A stretch of 64,000 nt of DNA from Nemertoderma westbladi (GCA_032718475.1 JAUCBJ010007063.1:1-64000); one strand, 5' to 3'. Counted from the stretch's first letter, positions 1 through 14,300 are shown. The notes: generated by a model from the letters alone, not told the origin. Made by a program: numbers and translations.

Positions 1-1554
1 CCCTATTAGTACCGGGCTATAAAATGTTGTACAAATACCGGGAGGGGGTCATATTGACCCCCCCCTCTAAAATCTACAAATATTTACGAAAACGTCTGAT
101 TTTTTGTTTGTACGTAGGTATCACTTGTCTGGATCCGACCGAAAAAAAAATTTTCGAAAAAATGTACTGGGGTGGTTTTATTGCAGCACCAAAATTACAA
201 GTAGTGCACAATTTTCACAAAATTTGAAAGTTACATTTTCGGCTAATTATTTTTCAATACAGGTTTTCTGGGGTGCAAAATACATTGGAAAATATTTAAA
301 AATGATATGATTACTATAAATGGCTGTTTAGTCCTCTCTGCGTAGGAAAAAAATGAAAAAAACAAGTAACCAGCACTTTTCAGTTAGAACACAAAATTTT
401 TAATTCACTTATACGATGCTATAAATTCACATTTTCAGGTTTTCGAGGGCGCTGATTCTAATGGAATACATTTCTAATATGCCAGATCATTGCTACTTGT
501 ATTTTTCGGCGTAATTTTCAAATTTTGGTGATAGCACCAAATTTCGTACTCATCACCAAAAAGTACAAGTTTGCGATGTCCAGTGCTGTTTTTATTGATT
601 CCATCGGATTCAGGACCCTCATAAACCCGTATAACGCAAGAAACAAGGTGATACTATCTACTTATCAATTTGCATATTTTCCAAAATTTGGTGCTGGCAC
701 AACAATTTTCACCCACCGGCGAAAAATACAAGTTTGAGAACTCTTATGAAATTTTTACTGATTCCATTGAATTCAGAACCATCACAAACCCGTATAACGC
801 AAGAAACAAGGTGACACAATCAATTGATATATTTGATGGTTTTCAAAATTTGGTGCTAGCACCACATTTTGCACCCACATCCGAAAAATACAAGTTTGAG
901 ATGTCTAGTTCGATAATTATATTTTCCATTGAATTCAGAACAGCCATAAACCTCTTAAAACGCAAGAAATAAATTGTCACAAGCAATTTTGTATATTGAA
1001 TGGATTTTCAAAATTTCGTGCTAGCACCAAAATTTACACACAGCACCGAAAAATACAAGTTTGATACGCCTGGTGTAACTCGTATATATTTCATCGAATC
1101 CAGAACCCCAAAAAACCCCAATTGCGTAAAAAACAAGTTTCAAACAATCAATTTACAAAATTGACTTATTTCAAAATTTGGTGCTGGCACCAAAATTTGG
1201 CACCCATCGAAAAAAACAAGTTTGAAATTTCTAAATCAATTTATATGAATTCCATCCAATTTCTAACACCAAAAAACCGGTGTAAATCAAAAGTAGAGAT
1301 GTTACAATTCATATTTAATGAAATGTAATTTTCAAAAAACGACTCAAAAAAAGTGCCAAAAGTAGGGTTAAAAAATGGTGCTATAACTCGAAAAGTACCC
1401 AATATTTTTGAAAACGGTTTTCACTACCATGAAGACAATGGATTTTTAGGAAAAGTCATAAAATTTCAGATTCCCAACTGCGTTTGTTTCAGAATTATAA
1501 TAAAAAAACCACGGGAGGGGTCATATTGAACCCCCCCCCCCGGGTTTAATAGGG
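1..1554. mobile_element. Non-autonomous piggyBac-like DNA transposon (TIR element)
   Basis: Starts CCCTATTAGTACCGGG and ends CCCGGGTTTAATAGGG, followed by TTAA (1555-1558). The terminal CCCTATTA/TAATAGGG inverted repeat plus TTAA fits piggyBac. A subterminal motif CGGGAGGGG(G)TCATATTGA(A)CCCCCC lies near both ends (~39-66, ~1512-1541). No transposase ORF. The left TTAA would be outside the window. Confidence 0.7.
515..1290. repeat. Diverged ~163-bp tandem repeat (about 5 copies) inside the piggyBac-like element
   Basis: The block TTTCAAAATTT(T)GGTGCT(G/A)GCACCAAAATTT...GAAAAATACAAGTTTGA recurs at ~516, 679, 841, 1007 and 1169. Its core is palindromic. Confidence 0.8.
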
Positions 1555-1781
1555 TTAACTATAACTTTTTATTACAATACACTAGACCCAGTATCACACG
1601 GCTTGACAATTATTTAGATATAACATATTTATTCATTTAAGGGGGGGGTACACCCCCCCTCAGGTCAAAATTTTCATTTTTTGTTTTTTTATTTCATCTA
1701 GAGTAGAATTTAATGCGGATTTCAAATCTGGAAACGGATTAGCGAGATCTCTTTTACTTCTCGAGTAATGGCTGGTTTTCC

Positions 1782-1983
1782 GTCTGTATGTCTGTCTGTC
1801 TGTCCATCGAAATATTAAAAAGGGCATAAAATAAGCAATCTGAAATGTTTACTGTTAGGATTTTTCTTAATGTCGATGTCTGTTTTAATATTTGGAATTA
1901 TCTAATCACTATGTCTGTATCTCAGTCTGTCTCTCAGTTTGTCTGTCTGTTTGTATGTCTGTCTGTCTGTCAACATGTCCGTC
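1782..1983. repeat. Degenerate (TCTG)n microsatellite patches
   Basis: GTCTGTATGTCTGTCTGTCTGTCC at ~1782-1805 and TCTGTCTGTTTGTATGTCTGTCTGTCTGTC at ~1910-1971. Confidence 0.7.
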
Positions 1984-2171
1984 AAATTTTAATTAATATA
2001 TATTTAATAGATATTTGTGAGTTTTGTATTACATATTGAACAGTTGTCTAATGGACTAGTTGTCTACTAGTAATAACAAATGTGAACCATCATATAACAA
2101 TAGCTAGTAATAATTATTCTGGGAAACAACCATAAACTTATTTTTTTTAATTCCGCAGGCTCTGAGAATAA

Positions 2172-2392
2172 TTCACGTGCTGCGCGAAGTCTTCATGTGC
2201 AGCATGAACTTTTCATGTGTCGCGTGAAGGCTTCTCATTCTGATCAAAAAGCTTCCCGAGGTGCTCGATTAATTAACGTGCTTTATGAAGAATTTAAGTG
2301 CTACGTGAAACCTTCACCTGCTGCGCAAATGTCTCACGTGCTGCGCGAAGGTTTCACGTGCTGCGCAAAGCTTAATGTTCTGTGTAAAGGCT
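2172..2392. repeat. Degenerate 20-bp tandem repeat (~11 copies), consensus TTCACGTGCTGCGCGAAGNN
   Basis: Best copies at 2172, ~2313, ~2333 and ~2353, with an isolated copy at ~2524. The unit is an imperfect dyad. Confidence 0.7.
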
Positions 2393-3785
2393 TATTATAA
2401 AATTATGTGGACATTTTTATATAATTTTGAATGTTTCTTAAGGTTATCTCATTATTCCATGACTATTTATTACTAAATGACGAAATAGTATGCGATCAAA
2501 TCAATACGCCAAAATGTAATTTGTTCACGTGCTGCGCGAAGTGTTTTTTGGCAAGCTCTCTAAAATTATTTTAACAGGTTGTTAAAAGTGGGTAGGGGTT
2601 TTTTTGAACCAAATTCAAAAAAAAATGAAAAAAAAAATGAAAAAAAAAAAAAAAAAAAATGTCATGCTATTTTGTATCTATTTTTGCGTTTTTCTCGACT
2701 TTTTATTTTTCAGGCTTTCCTCATCTCCAAAACCTTATAACTCAGTCAATCTTCCACCTTTTTGTCTGAAATTTGGTTTCAGTCTTCTAGACATGTTACT
2801 TTTCATAAGTTGTAGACAGATTTTCGAAATTTCGATTCTATCCCAAGTTATAAGGTGCCAATCACAAAATCGACGAAATATTGGAAAATATGTGATATTA
2901 ATTTCCAATAGTGGTGTAATTATGCCAATAAAATTTTAACTGGACCAAATTTCGGAAATCTGTCTACAAGTTTTACACATATAGGCGGCTGCTTTAAAAA
3001 TAAAAAAAAACTTTTCAAAAATATGCATGTGGTAAAATGTTATAAGCATTTAAGTAATCAATCAATAAATCAATCGATATTTCCAATCAATCAATCAATA
3101 TCATAGTCTGATTATCAAATATCTGAAATTTTTTTATCATGATATTGAAGACACACATGTCCTTGGTTAACATGCAAAAAATTGGAGAAAATGGATGATG
3201 TGGGAACATCAGGCATCCGATATGCCGATTCCTCTCCAAGGGGGGTGAACCCCCCCCTTAATTATATTAGACCCAGCATCGCACGACTTGACAGTTAATT
3301 AGAGATGTACTCATAAGTAGGTACTTTTATTGTGCTATTTCTGTTCGGAATTTAAATATTTAATTTTTTCTGGTAAATCTCTTTATATTATGGTCGGCAC
3401 TACCGCTTCAATCATGTATACTGTTAATTATTGTGCAAGTATTGAACTGTATAGAGAAGTGTATATAAATGCCCGTATCCCTTATACTGTATTGTATACC
3501 AAATTTGTTTACATTATTGGCCTTGTTAATTTCCTTTATATTACGCCACCTAGCGAGGTATGGCAATACTGCTTTTTACCGAAATGTATATATAGTGCAA
3601 TTTCAATCATAATTATCAGACTCGGTATTATTTTACACACCCCACGTTGGGTTGCTAATAGGCCATACTTTTCAGCACTACAACACTACACTACACTACA
3701 CTACCGGTACATTTACGCTTACACGCCAGCTCTCATTCGCACTCACGTTGGTTATTCTACTATTCTGTTTGACAGTCAGGGAAAA

Positions 3786-4232
3786 CATCCCCGTGGGGAT
3801 ATGTCAAATTTAGGCTTAATTTTTCAACCTATCCTAGTGAGGATAGATGACATATCCCCACCAGGATAGATGGCACATTTTCCATTTTTCCGGTTTGCGC
3901 AAAAATTGGTTGGATGGCTATGTATTTCTTCGGTATTACAATGATCAATAGGCTACAAAAATTGTAAAATTTCACGCCCTTGTCATTGGCAAGATTTATA
4001 AGAAGATTATAGGGGTTTTCAATTCACATTGATTTCTATCCTGCTGGGGATATTATCAACATATCCCCAGCGGGATATGTTTCACGATAAAGTTCATTCA
4101 TGTTTATTTATATCCTGATGGGGATATTTTGGACATTTCCAGTCTTAGGATATGTTTTAGAATAATGTACCAGTCTGCCAGTCAGCCTGTAGCTTGTTTT
4201 ATGTAAGTTTTGTGGCATATCCCCAGAAGGAT
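3786..4232. repeat. Cluster of seven (T)ATCC-N6-GGAT(A) dyad motifs
   Basis: Copies at 3787, 3830, 3853, 4037, 4062, 4111 and 4218, each with a 6-nt spacer. Confidence 0.7.
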
Positions 4233-4527
4233 TGCCTCTAAGCTTACATGTACCGTACACGTAGATGTAAGTTGGTAGCCTTAATGCTGTAATGCCTTCT
4301 GTGCGAAAGTAATATAACAACCGGTATAATAGGTAGTCTACTTCGGTACCGGTACCTCAGTACCTGGCTGACAGAACTGCAGAAGGGTAGTCCTGTAGTC
4401 TGGTAGTCCCTCAACAACTCAGTCTGTACAGTACACTGATACCGGTATATCTGTCTACAGTAGAGTTGTACAGTATATACAGTAAACATACTAAACTTCA
4501 GACAAATTGACTGATTGAACTTAACTG

Positions 4528-5036
4528 GATAGATGGATATAGATGGACACGGACAGGAGATGTTGGAGTGGGTGGAGAGGCGATATCCAATATCGGAGGT
4601 AGATGGAGTGGGTGGACAGGAGGTGTTGGAGGTAGATGGCAGATGGAGTGGGTGGACAGGGGATGTCGGAGAGAGATGGAGTTGGTGGAGAGTCGATATC
4701 GGAGGTAGATGGAGTGGGTGGACAGGGGATGTCGGAGATATATGGAGTGGGTGGAGTGGCGATATCGGAGGTAGATGGAGTGGATGGACAGGAGGTGTTG
4801 GAAGTAGATGGAGTGGGTGGAGAGGGGATGTCGGAGATATATGGAGTGGGTGGAGAGGCGATATCGGAAGTAGATGGAGAGGATATGTTGGAGGTAGATG
4901 GAGTGGGTGGAGAGGCGATATCGGAAGTAGATGGAGAGGATATGTTGGAGGTAGATGAAATGGGTGGACAGGGGTGCTGGAGGTAGATGGAGTGGATGGA
5001 CAGATGATGTCAGAGATAGATGGAGTAAGTGGACAA
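4528..5036 (+). repeat. Purine-rich ~33-bp minisatellite (GGAGGTAGATGGAGTGGGTGGA[C/G]AGG[G/C]GAT[G/A]TC)
   Basis: About 15 diverged tandem copies are directly visible. The overlapping low-complexity ORFs derive from it. Confidence 0.85.
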
Positions 5037-5361
5037 CACGAACTACAGCCAGATGAATCATCAGCCACTGCTAGTGCTAGAAAGAAACGGGTTTATCACC
5101 CCCAGTCATTACTGAAGGCAAAGGGGAGTGTCCTCCAGAAGAAGGGACAACTTAGTTCACTCGTTAGTAGGCACCTTTAGTTTCAGTTTACTTTATTTTT
5201 GGGTTCTTTAATTATTATGCCTTTGGGGATAGTTGCATTATATATTTTGACACCAGTACAGACTTAATATTATATATTTTAAATATTGTTACGTTATGTC
5301 AGTATGTTAAATTTAACATAAACAATGTTACAATCAATTCAATTTCAATAAAGGCCTCCAC

Positions 5362-8300
5362 TCACTCGGCTACATCCAATCCAGTTAGGTCAATGAACTG
5401 AATTGGGTGCCTTTGAATTAATAAATCCTGACAATTAGGTATGCTGATCACTGAGCAAACCTTGCTTATTGGTACACCCTTATTGAAAAGGCGGTAGGTT
5501 TTGCCTACAAATTTAAAGTTATTTATCGCAATACATATATCTTTAGACGGCGACACTTCAGGGAAGTCTACAGAAGATGTCTGTATGATTGTCTGTTGAG
5601 TGTGGTAAGATGCTGCAGGCGAAGTGGCAGCTCTAACCATGACACCAAATGCAGATACTGGTGTTCCAGTAGGGTCTTGTTGGAACAGCTTAAGGGCTTC
5701 TCGAGATGTAAGCAGCGGCTTGTTGTTATCAATACCAGACAGAGTGTCAGCCTCATTATTCCTTACACCATAGACATAGGCTGAGATTCCTGACACACTT
5801 TGTAACAATGACCTCCTCCTTCTGCCTGAAACATCCAACCTCATGTAGTGAGAAAGAGCTGCACGTCCCGTAGGGTACTGTGTTTGAATGATGTTTGTAA
5901 GATGGCTGATAAAATTATTTAAATTAGCATTGTTTATGAAGTCGTCTTCATTCGAAGCCACAGTCATTCGCACAAGATGTTGACTAGCAACAAAAGTGTC
6001 AATTCTAATCACGCATTCACTCGCTCGTGTTGGAGCTGCATTATCGAATGCCCCTATAGAAAGTCTATATCGTTGGTATGGTAACAATGATTTCTCCACT
6101 TGTAATCGAATATTTCCTGTAACTTGATCTAACTCAAAAACATCGCTTTTCTCAGTTGGAGATACCATCTTATAAATAACACGTCCATATAGCCCAGAGT
6201 CAGCATCCAATGCTTCAACTTTACCAACTGGTGTTCCATCTGATAAATCGTACACGAATTCCAAACTGTAGAAGTTGGCACTCTGAGTATTAATCCATAC
6301 AGGGTCGTTATCATTAATGTCTGTAACAAATATATGAAGTAGTGCAAACGAATGCCGCGATGGTGCACCACTATCTTCAGCCTTTATATAAAATGTATAT
6401 TTGCTCTTTTTTTCGTAGTCCAAAACATTATTAGTTAGAATGATGCCAGTTACTGAACTAAGTGAAAACATGTTAACATTATTAGGAACCACTCCATCTT
6501 CCCTCGTTGTATCAATAGAATATGAGACAAGTGCATTACCATCTTTATCTTGATCTGTTGCCAAAACTGTCATTATGGATGTCCCAACAGGTGAGAGTTC
6601 CTTTACCACAGCTTCGTATTTGGAATTCTGAAATATTGGATCATTATCATTCTCATCAACTACGTCAATATGAACTGTTACTGATGTTGTATGTTGCCCC
6701 GGGTCAACGCCTTTATCTTTTACTTCAACCAATAATGTATACTCAGTTGCTTCTTCTCTGTCGAGTTTAACAAGTGATGTTATTTCCCCTGTCTCTGAAT
6801 CAATAGAGAATCGTTCTTTTCCAACTCCAGCTTTAATCTCAAATAGGAAGTCTGTGTTTACAGTACCCGGCTCATCTGCATCAGTTCCTTGCTGACCATA
6901 ATCCAATGAGAGAGGCATAGCTGTTTGAGGGGCCGGTCTGATTTCCGTGATCTCTAATGTTATGGTATTTAGTGGAACGGAGAATGTAGGTGGATTGTCG
7001 TTGCAATCTGTTATAGTGATTGTGAGAGTCTGTGAGTTAGTGTACTTTCCATCGGTGGCTGCTATAACAAAGGTATATGACTGCCGAGAGAGATTCTCAC
7101 GGTCTAGAGCAACTTGGGTTACAAACTCTCCTGTGGCTGTATTGAAAATAAAATCGGATTGTGGACCAGGTCCAGTCGATGAAGTGATGCCGTATGTAAT
7201 TTTTGCATTAATACCTATATCATCATCTGTTGCTGTTACCTTTGTAGCCACTGAACCAATGGGAGTACATTCCTTAACATCAGTATTCAGTGAATTGCTT
7301 GTAAAAACTGGGGGATTGTCATTCACATCTTGGATAACAATATGAATGGTTGCTGTGCCAGTTAGTTGACCTGGAACACCTAGTGTTGTACTCAGATCAA
7401 CTCCAAGAACTTCTAGTTCAAATGATGGGTATGTTTCTCTGTCAACCACATTTACTAACTCAATCCGAACCATATCACCACCAATAAGAGTAACTGTAAA
7501 TGGGTTAACTGGATTTGGTGTTGGAGTTAATTTTCCTTGGATTGCAGTTTTTACTTGATTGTTAGGGCTTGTTCCATCTGCATCTGTCCATTTAATTTCT
7601 TTCAATGTGGTGGTTCCAGCAACATTTTCCATTACAGATACATAAGTTTCAGCTGGTTCAAATACCGGGGAATTATCATTCTCATCAATAACTTTAAAGT
7701 AGACATCAGAGCGACTTTCAAGGTTTCTTTGATCTCTGACTGTGACTGTCAGCCAGTGTTGCTCTCTTAACTCGTAATCAAGATCTTGGCGTAATGTAAC
7801 AATTCCAGTTGATTCTTCCAAATCAAAGAAGTCACGATCTGAAGCTGCATCTATCTTAAACATTAGTCTTGCTGTATCACCTTCATCAGCATCTTTACAA
7901 AATGTTTTCAGATTAGCAACAATATAATCCTTAGTTGCACTTTCAGAAACATCAACAATTACTCGACCATTAGCATCAGTTGCTGTACATTTGGGAGCAT
8001 TATCATTGACGTCTCTAACATAAATATGAAGTAACAGTGTGTCAGAAGCTGAATGTGGAGCAGGGTCAACCACCTTCAGGGTCACATCCCACCGGGATAC
8101 ACTTTCAGCATCTAAGGGTGCAGTGGTAACAACAACAGCTGTCTTGATATTACCAACATCAGACCATGGACAACAGTATATTGAAAAGGGGGGATCAATA
8201 GGTGTGGCTAGCGAAGCTGTGCTTGATGGAGGCCTCTGGCCAATCACAGTACTATCAATGTAATATTCCAATACCTTAGTTGGGTCATTCTCATCAGCAT

Positions 8301-11300
8301 CATCAGCTAGGAATTGACTATACACTGCGGATATAGTTGAACCAACAGCTATCGATTCTAAAACCTCAATGCGTCGTATGCCATTACCATCCTGAAAAAC
8401 TGGAGCCTTGTTAGCTGTTGTTATTATGTCAATGATAACAATGGCACTGGTAGAAAGTGGTATAGCTCCATTATCAGTAACTTTAATAGATAGTTCATAG
8501 TAAGGAATCGTATCTTTATTGAGAAGTGAAGCGCTGTTGAGTAAGATATTTCCTCCTTTATCTACAGTAAATGTATCACCAGTATTACCTGAACTAATCA
8601 AGTATGTTAGAATTGCATTAGGAGTAAGAACTTCATCATCATCGGTACATGACAAGGTTGCGATTTTATTTCCATCTGTTGCCCCTGAAACATCTATAGA
8701 ACTATGATATACCTGTGGATCACATCTTGGATACTGATCATTAACATCACCGACAGTTATGCGCAGCTGTTTAATGGCCACTTTTTGATTGGTTGGGATT
8801 GGCATTATTGCCTGATCATGGACTGTGATCTCTAACTCATAACTCTGAACAGTTTCTCTATCCAAGGCAGATCCTAGATAAATGTAACCTGTTATTGGAT
8901 CGATATTAAATTTTGTATTTACAATAAGTACTGGTGTTCCACTTGAAAGATCTTTAAGACTGGTAATATCAAATCTTAAAATACCATCATAACCATAATC
9001 ACTATCGAAGGCAGAAACGAGTGCAATTTTAGTGTTTACAGTAGTATCTTCTGGTAATGGGTTAATGAATGTGGCATAGTATCCACTTGCTGGAACATTA
9101 GTGAACACTGGTGTGAATTCATTGACAGGTTGAACATAAATTAAAACCTTGGTTATTGTAGACATACCGACACTATCTTCTATTTGGATATCCAAGGACC
9201 ATATTGGGGGATAGCTAGCAAGAACAAGGTCGTATTCGAGGAAGTTTTTTCCACCTGTACTTACAATAATCGTACCATCATTGACACCACTGTTTAAGAA
9301 CTCGAAAATACTTGCTCCAGTTCCTCCAGTGATGGTGAATGTTAATGTATCAGAGAGGTCAGCATCATTGCATGTAGGAGATCCTAATGCAAATACAGTT
9401 GATCCATCAACTGTGCCTTCCAAAATGTCAACCTCAAACTGTTCAGATGAACATACTGGCACTGTGTCCTTTATATCCTCTATAACTAACTCGATATCTA
9501 ATGTATTAGTCTTTCCGCCATCTGTAGCTTTTATAGTAATTCCAGTATATAAATCTTTTGTCTCTCTATCGATACTTTGAGTTAGAATTAAATTATTACC
9601 AACATCATCTATTGATACAATTTTATCTGGATTAGAAGTAAACTCAAAATTGATATCGCCATGAGAGCCCATGTCTTTATCATCAACATCACCAGCACTA
9701 AAAGTGTGAATAATGGTACCAGCTACAATATTTTCGGATATATAGAACTTGTATGGATTGTTTAATATCCAAACAGGTGCAAATTCATTTAATGGCAATA
9801 CCTCAACTGTAACAAAAACCTCTGTACTGAGATAGGGTGCAATGCCATTATGATCTCTCACATCTACGGTGAGTTCATAAAGTCTTTGGTCCACAATTTC
9901 GTAGTCCATTTCAAAACCTGCTGGGTTATTGCTGACAGCAATATATTTACCATTTGCCAAAGTAAAATGAGGTGTAAGCGTGATATCTGTCCTGGTATCA
10001 GGTGTAGTAGTAGTATCAATTTTTACCTGCTTAATTATCTCATAAACAAGTGAGTTTGTTCCAAAGACTGCCGTGACATCAGCATCAGTGCAACCTGCAA
10101 TCTCTGCAACTGCAGAACCTGCAGTATTTGTATTTGCAAACACCTTGCCTTCCATCACTGATGCTGCAATATATTGAACGGGGCAAGTTGGATAATTATC
10201 ATTGACATCCTGTATAATAATCTGCAATGATGTGGGAGATGTAGATTGTACAGATTTCTTTGTAGAGGTGCTTTGATCACTGCAATCCACAATTAGAGTG
10301 ATAGTACCAGGATTAGCTTCAGCATCTAGTTCTTTGGCTACCTTAACTTCTCCACTGAGGGGATGAATGCTAAACCAATTATTGAAGTTACCAGAACTGA
10401 AAGTCATAATTACATTACCATCCAATCCACCATCCTTATCAGTGCAAGACATTGTTGCCAAATGTGTTAATCTGGTTGTATCTTCTGGCAAGGGGATTGG
10501 AGATGTTGAATAAGGGGCATTATATGAACTAATAGCCAAGACTGGAGCATCATTATTTACACTTGTAATGTCGATTTGAATAGTAATATCCCTGTATAAT
10601 GGTCCTGGAGTTAGCCCTTGGTCTTGAACCCTAACTACCCTCTTGTACGATCTAGGACCAGTATCATAATCAACTGTGAGACTACTTGTCAGTTGAATAA
10701 TCACCCCAGCTGCATTCAATTTAAATGGGTTCCACAGTCCAACTTTAGAGTAAGTGATAGCATTGTTTGGAGATGTTTTATCTCTGTCAGCGCAGTTAAG
10801 CAATGTTAAGTCAAACACGTTAATATCACTTGCTGCTGTTTGTTCTGCTAGTGTTACAACTTTATGGTAAACATCACAATGAGGATAAACATCATTAACA
10901 TCGACTATAGTCACATCAATATCCTGTTGAATAGACTTCGCTCCTGAATCTGTAGCTTTTACAGTCAGTGTGTAAGTGGGCAGAGTTGCTGCTGTTTCTA
11001 AGTCAATGGGTGAAACATTATAGATAGTTCCAGCCAGTGGATCTATAGAAAATACTGCACTAGCGGGGTCTATACTGTATGTAACATCTCCATCAACACC
11101 TTGATCATTATCCGTTGCTGCTATGGTGAGGACAGTAGTTCCTTGAGCCTTTGTCTCTGGAAAATTAACACCAGTGGGAATTGGATTCCAAACGGGAGGA
11201 TACTCATTAGAAGGATTCACACAGATATATACTAGAGCAGTTCCAGTGAGATCAGGAGAGCCACCATCTTTCACTTCTATAGTAAGATTATAAAATTTGG

Positions 11301-14300
11301 TTGCGCTCTCATAGTCAAATTTTGGTGAGCCAACAATTGATATAGTATTACCAGAAATCCCAAAGTTTCCATCAGCATTACCAGCAACAATTTGATGATT
11401 TGGTGCAAATGGACTTGTGTCTATATCAGTTGCTGTTAGAGTTATTCCAGGGACCACTACACCTGCACCCACTTCATTGACACATGATTCATATCGTGCT
11501 GGATTATATACTGGTGGTTCATCATTTACGTTCTTCAGAGTCACTGCAACAGCATGATCAACAAAGGCAACAACCCCAGTCTTCTGGTCTCTGCCTGTAA
11601 CATCCGCCAATTTCACTGTCAATGTTGTTGTTTTAGAAGCCATAGTTTCAAAGTCAATAAGTTGTGCAACTCTGATTTCACCTGTCAAACGGTCAATTTT
11701 AAATTTAGAATTGAAATTGACATCACTCACAGCCAGTGAATACTCATATGTTGGCAGACAACTACTTGAACTGCTTGCTAAACATTTTCTCCATTCAGTC
11801 TCATATGTAGCTGGAGCTGAATCAGCATCTAATATGATGGTATTTACTGGAGTATTTTCATCAAGGTTGAATACAGAAACAATATTAGCAATGGATGGTG
11901 TACTGTCTATTACATCAGTAATGAAGACATTAACTGTTGCATAGGAGGTTAACTCTCCGGATGAACCCCCATCATCATCAATGAACCCAATAACAACATC
12001 ATAGTTGTTTTTGGTGTCATAGTTAAATGGTCCTGCGGCAGTGAGTATACCTTTACCAGGTGTGGTAGCAATTGTAAATAAACTGCCACCAGCAACACCA
12101 TCCACTGACTTTATTTGGTATGCATTTACACCACCATCTGCTGTCTCTTCATCACTGCAGAAAATATCTATTGTATCAGTAGTTGAATCTTCGCGAGTTA
12201 ACAACACATAACCATCAGGAACACAAGTTGGGTTAACATCATTGGTATTTGTAACACTGATAACCACATTCATTGGGGTTGCATATTTTGGTGGATTGGC
12301 AATGTCTCTCGCTATAACCTTTACTGTATGGGATGTGTCTGTCTCATAGTCTAATTCTTTTGATAACTTTAGTTCACCAGTAAAAGGATGGATTGAAAAG
12401 TATAGAGATGTAGGAGATACTGGCTCAAGTGAAAACATGACTTTCCCATGCCACGGAGATGCATCAGAAGGTAAGTCTGGATCACTGGCTACAACTTTTA
12501 CAATTGTGGTTCCAGCTGCAGCATTCTCTGCTACAGTTGGTGTTCCTGGATTAATAATAGTTGGTGGATCTTCATTAACAGGTAACACTCTTACATTGAC
12601 AACTATATCTGTTTGTAGTGCTCCTGATGTACCTCCATCCTTAGCTCTTATTGTAATTGAATATTCTTTTGGGTCTGTTTCATAATTGAAAGCATTTTGT
12701 GGTGATAGTTGGTAATTGGATAAACCAGTCATTGAAAACTGGGGTGCTGAAAGGGCTGAAAAGGATATAACATTATTACTGTTGGTGTTATCATCTGCAT
12801 CGGAAGCTGCAAACTTATGAAATACAGCTTTTGTTGCTTCCAGAACTTCTAAATTATAAGAGTTTTCACTGAAAACAGGAGCATTGTCATTTTTATCAGT
12901 TACGGTAATGATCAAACCAATAGTAGCTGACTTGTGTACTGGCGATGAATTATCCTCAACCTGGAGGGTTAGTTTGTATGATGACTGGCTTTCACGGTCT
13001 AGTTCTACACTTGTATATACTTTCCCATTGCCGCTGTCAATATAAAAGCTATCAGAAGGAACAGGTTGTATTATACTAAATATGAGACTCCCTTCAGGTG
13101 TTCCTGCAGCATCGGAATCTGTAGCTGTTATTAATGATCCTGTTACATCAGTACCCGGTTTCTGGTTTTCATCACAATTGACTGTATAATCAGCAGTTTG
13201 AACCTTACCAGAGCCATCTTCAAATCGAGGAGTAGACTCTGGCAAGGGATTCACGTCAATAGTTACAGGTATTTTTATTGTATGAGCTGTACCTGAGCCA
13301 ATTGCATCTGTAACATCAATATTGAACACATACTGTGTTTTTGTTTCATAGTCTAAAGGAGCACCCGCTTTTAGCATGAGAGCACCTCCAATAACTTCAA
13401 ACTTAGTATTAGCACCATCAGTTGTGGGGATGCTGTATATAAATCCAGTCTTATCAACATCACCATCTAAATCTGTGCAGCTCAAATCAATAATGTTGCT
13501 TTGAGTATTAATATTCTCATCAACAGTGGCATGTACATAATTGATGCAGTTCGGAATGACATCATTGACATTTTTAATATTGACAGTATGGATTACAGAT
13601 ACTGATGATCCTCCACCATCTGTAGCCACTAAATTAAATTTTGCTGTGGTGCCAACTTCATAGTCTAAAGGTTTATCTAATGTTATTTTCCCATTATTAC
13701 AGTTTACAGCAAATTGATTTGCTGGATTTTGACTTGCAATGGAGTATACAATATTTCCATGATCACCATCATCATTATCATTTCCTGAGATAGAAAAACC
13801 ACTAAGATCGGTATGCAAAGGTTCATTTTCAGGTAAATTTATAGAAGTAGTTGAGGTAATAGCCGGGGTATCTTCATTACTAGCTATTACATTAATGATA
13901 ACAGGCATATTGAAAATCTTCACACCATCATTTACAGTAACAGAGGCTGTGATTTGACGGGCTGCAGATGCCTCATAATCAAGTTGTTTTATTAATTCTA
14001 ATTTTCCGGTTGAAGGATTGTTTGAAACCTGTAGGTAGCCAGCAGGACTCTCAGATGTAATTGAATATGTTAGAGTAGCTGCACTTTGGTCAGGATCAAC
14101 ACAACGTAAATCCGCAAATAATACCATTGGCACTGAAGTTGTAGAAGCCTCCTCTATATCTATTTCGATTGAAGAAGGATCACAGGTTGGTGCAAATTCA
14201 TTGGTGTCTACTATTGTTACAGTAAACGAATGACCAACATCAGGGTTATCGTCATCTTTCGCAACTAAGACAAGATTGTAACTAGATGTTGTTTCACAAT

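Larger units (their letters stand above)
1641..3257. mobile_element. Non-autonomous Kolobok-like DNA transposon
   Basis: TTAA at 1637-1640 and 3258-3261 flank the TIRs GGGGGGGGTACACCCCCC ... GGGGGGTGAACCCCCCCC. A TTAA TSD with 5'-RR...YY-3' termini is the Kolobok pattern. No transposase ORF. Confidence 0.7.

Noticed and set aside
3330-3869. 179-aa hydrophobic plus-strand ORF
   Set aside because: It has a non-ATG start, AT-rich low-information composition with a CACTA microrepeat, and no recognisable domain.
4244-5180. Several ORFs on both strands (EVDGVGG and HPLHLPP repeats)
   Set aside because: They are products of the 33-bp minisatellite and contain no recognisable domain.
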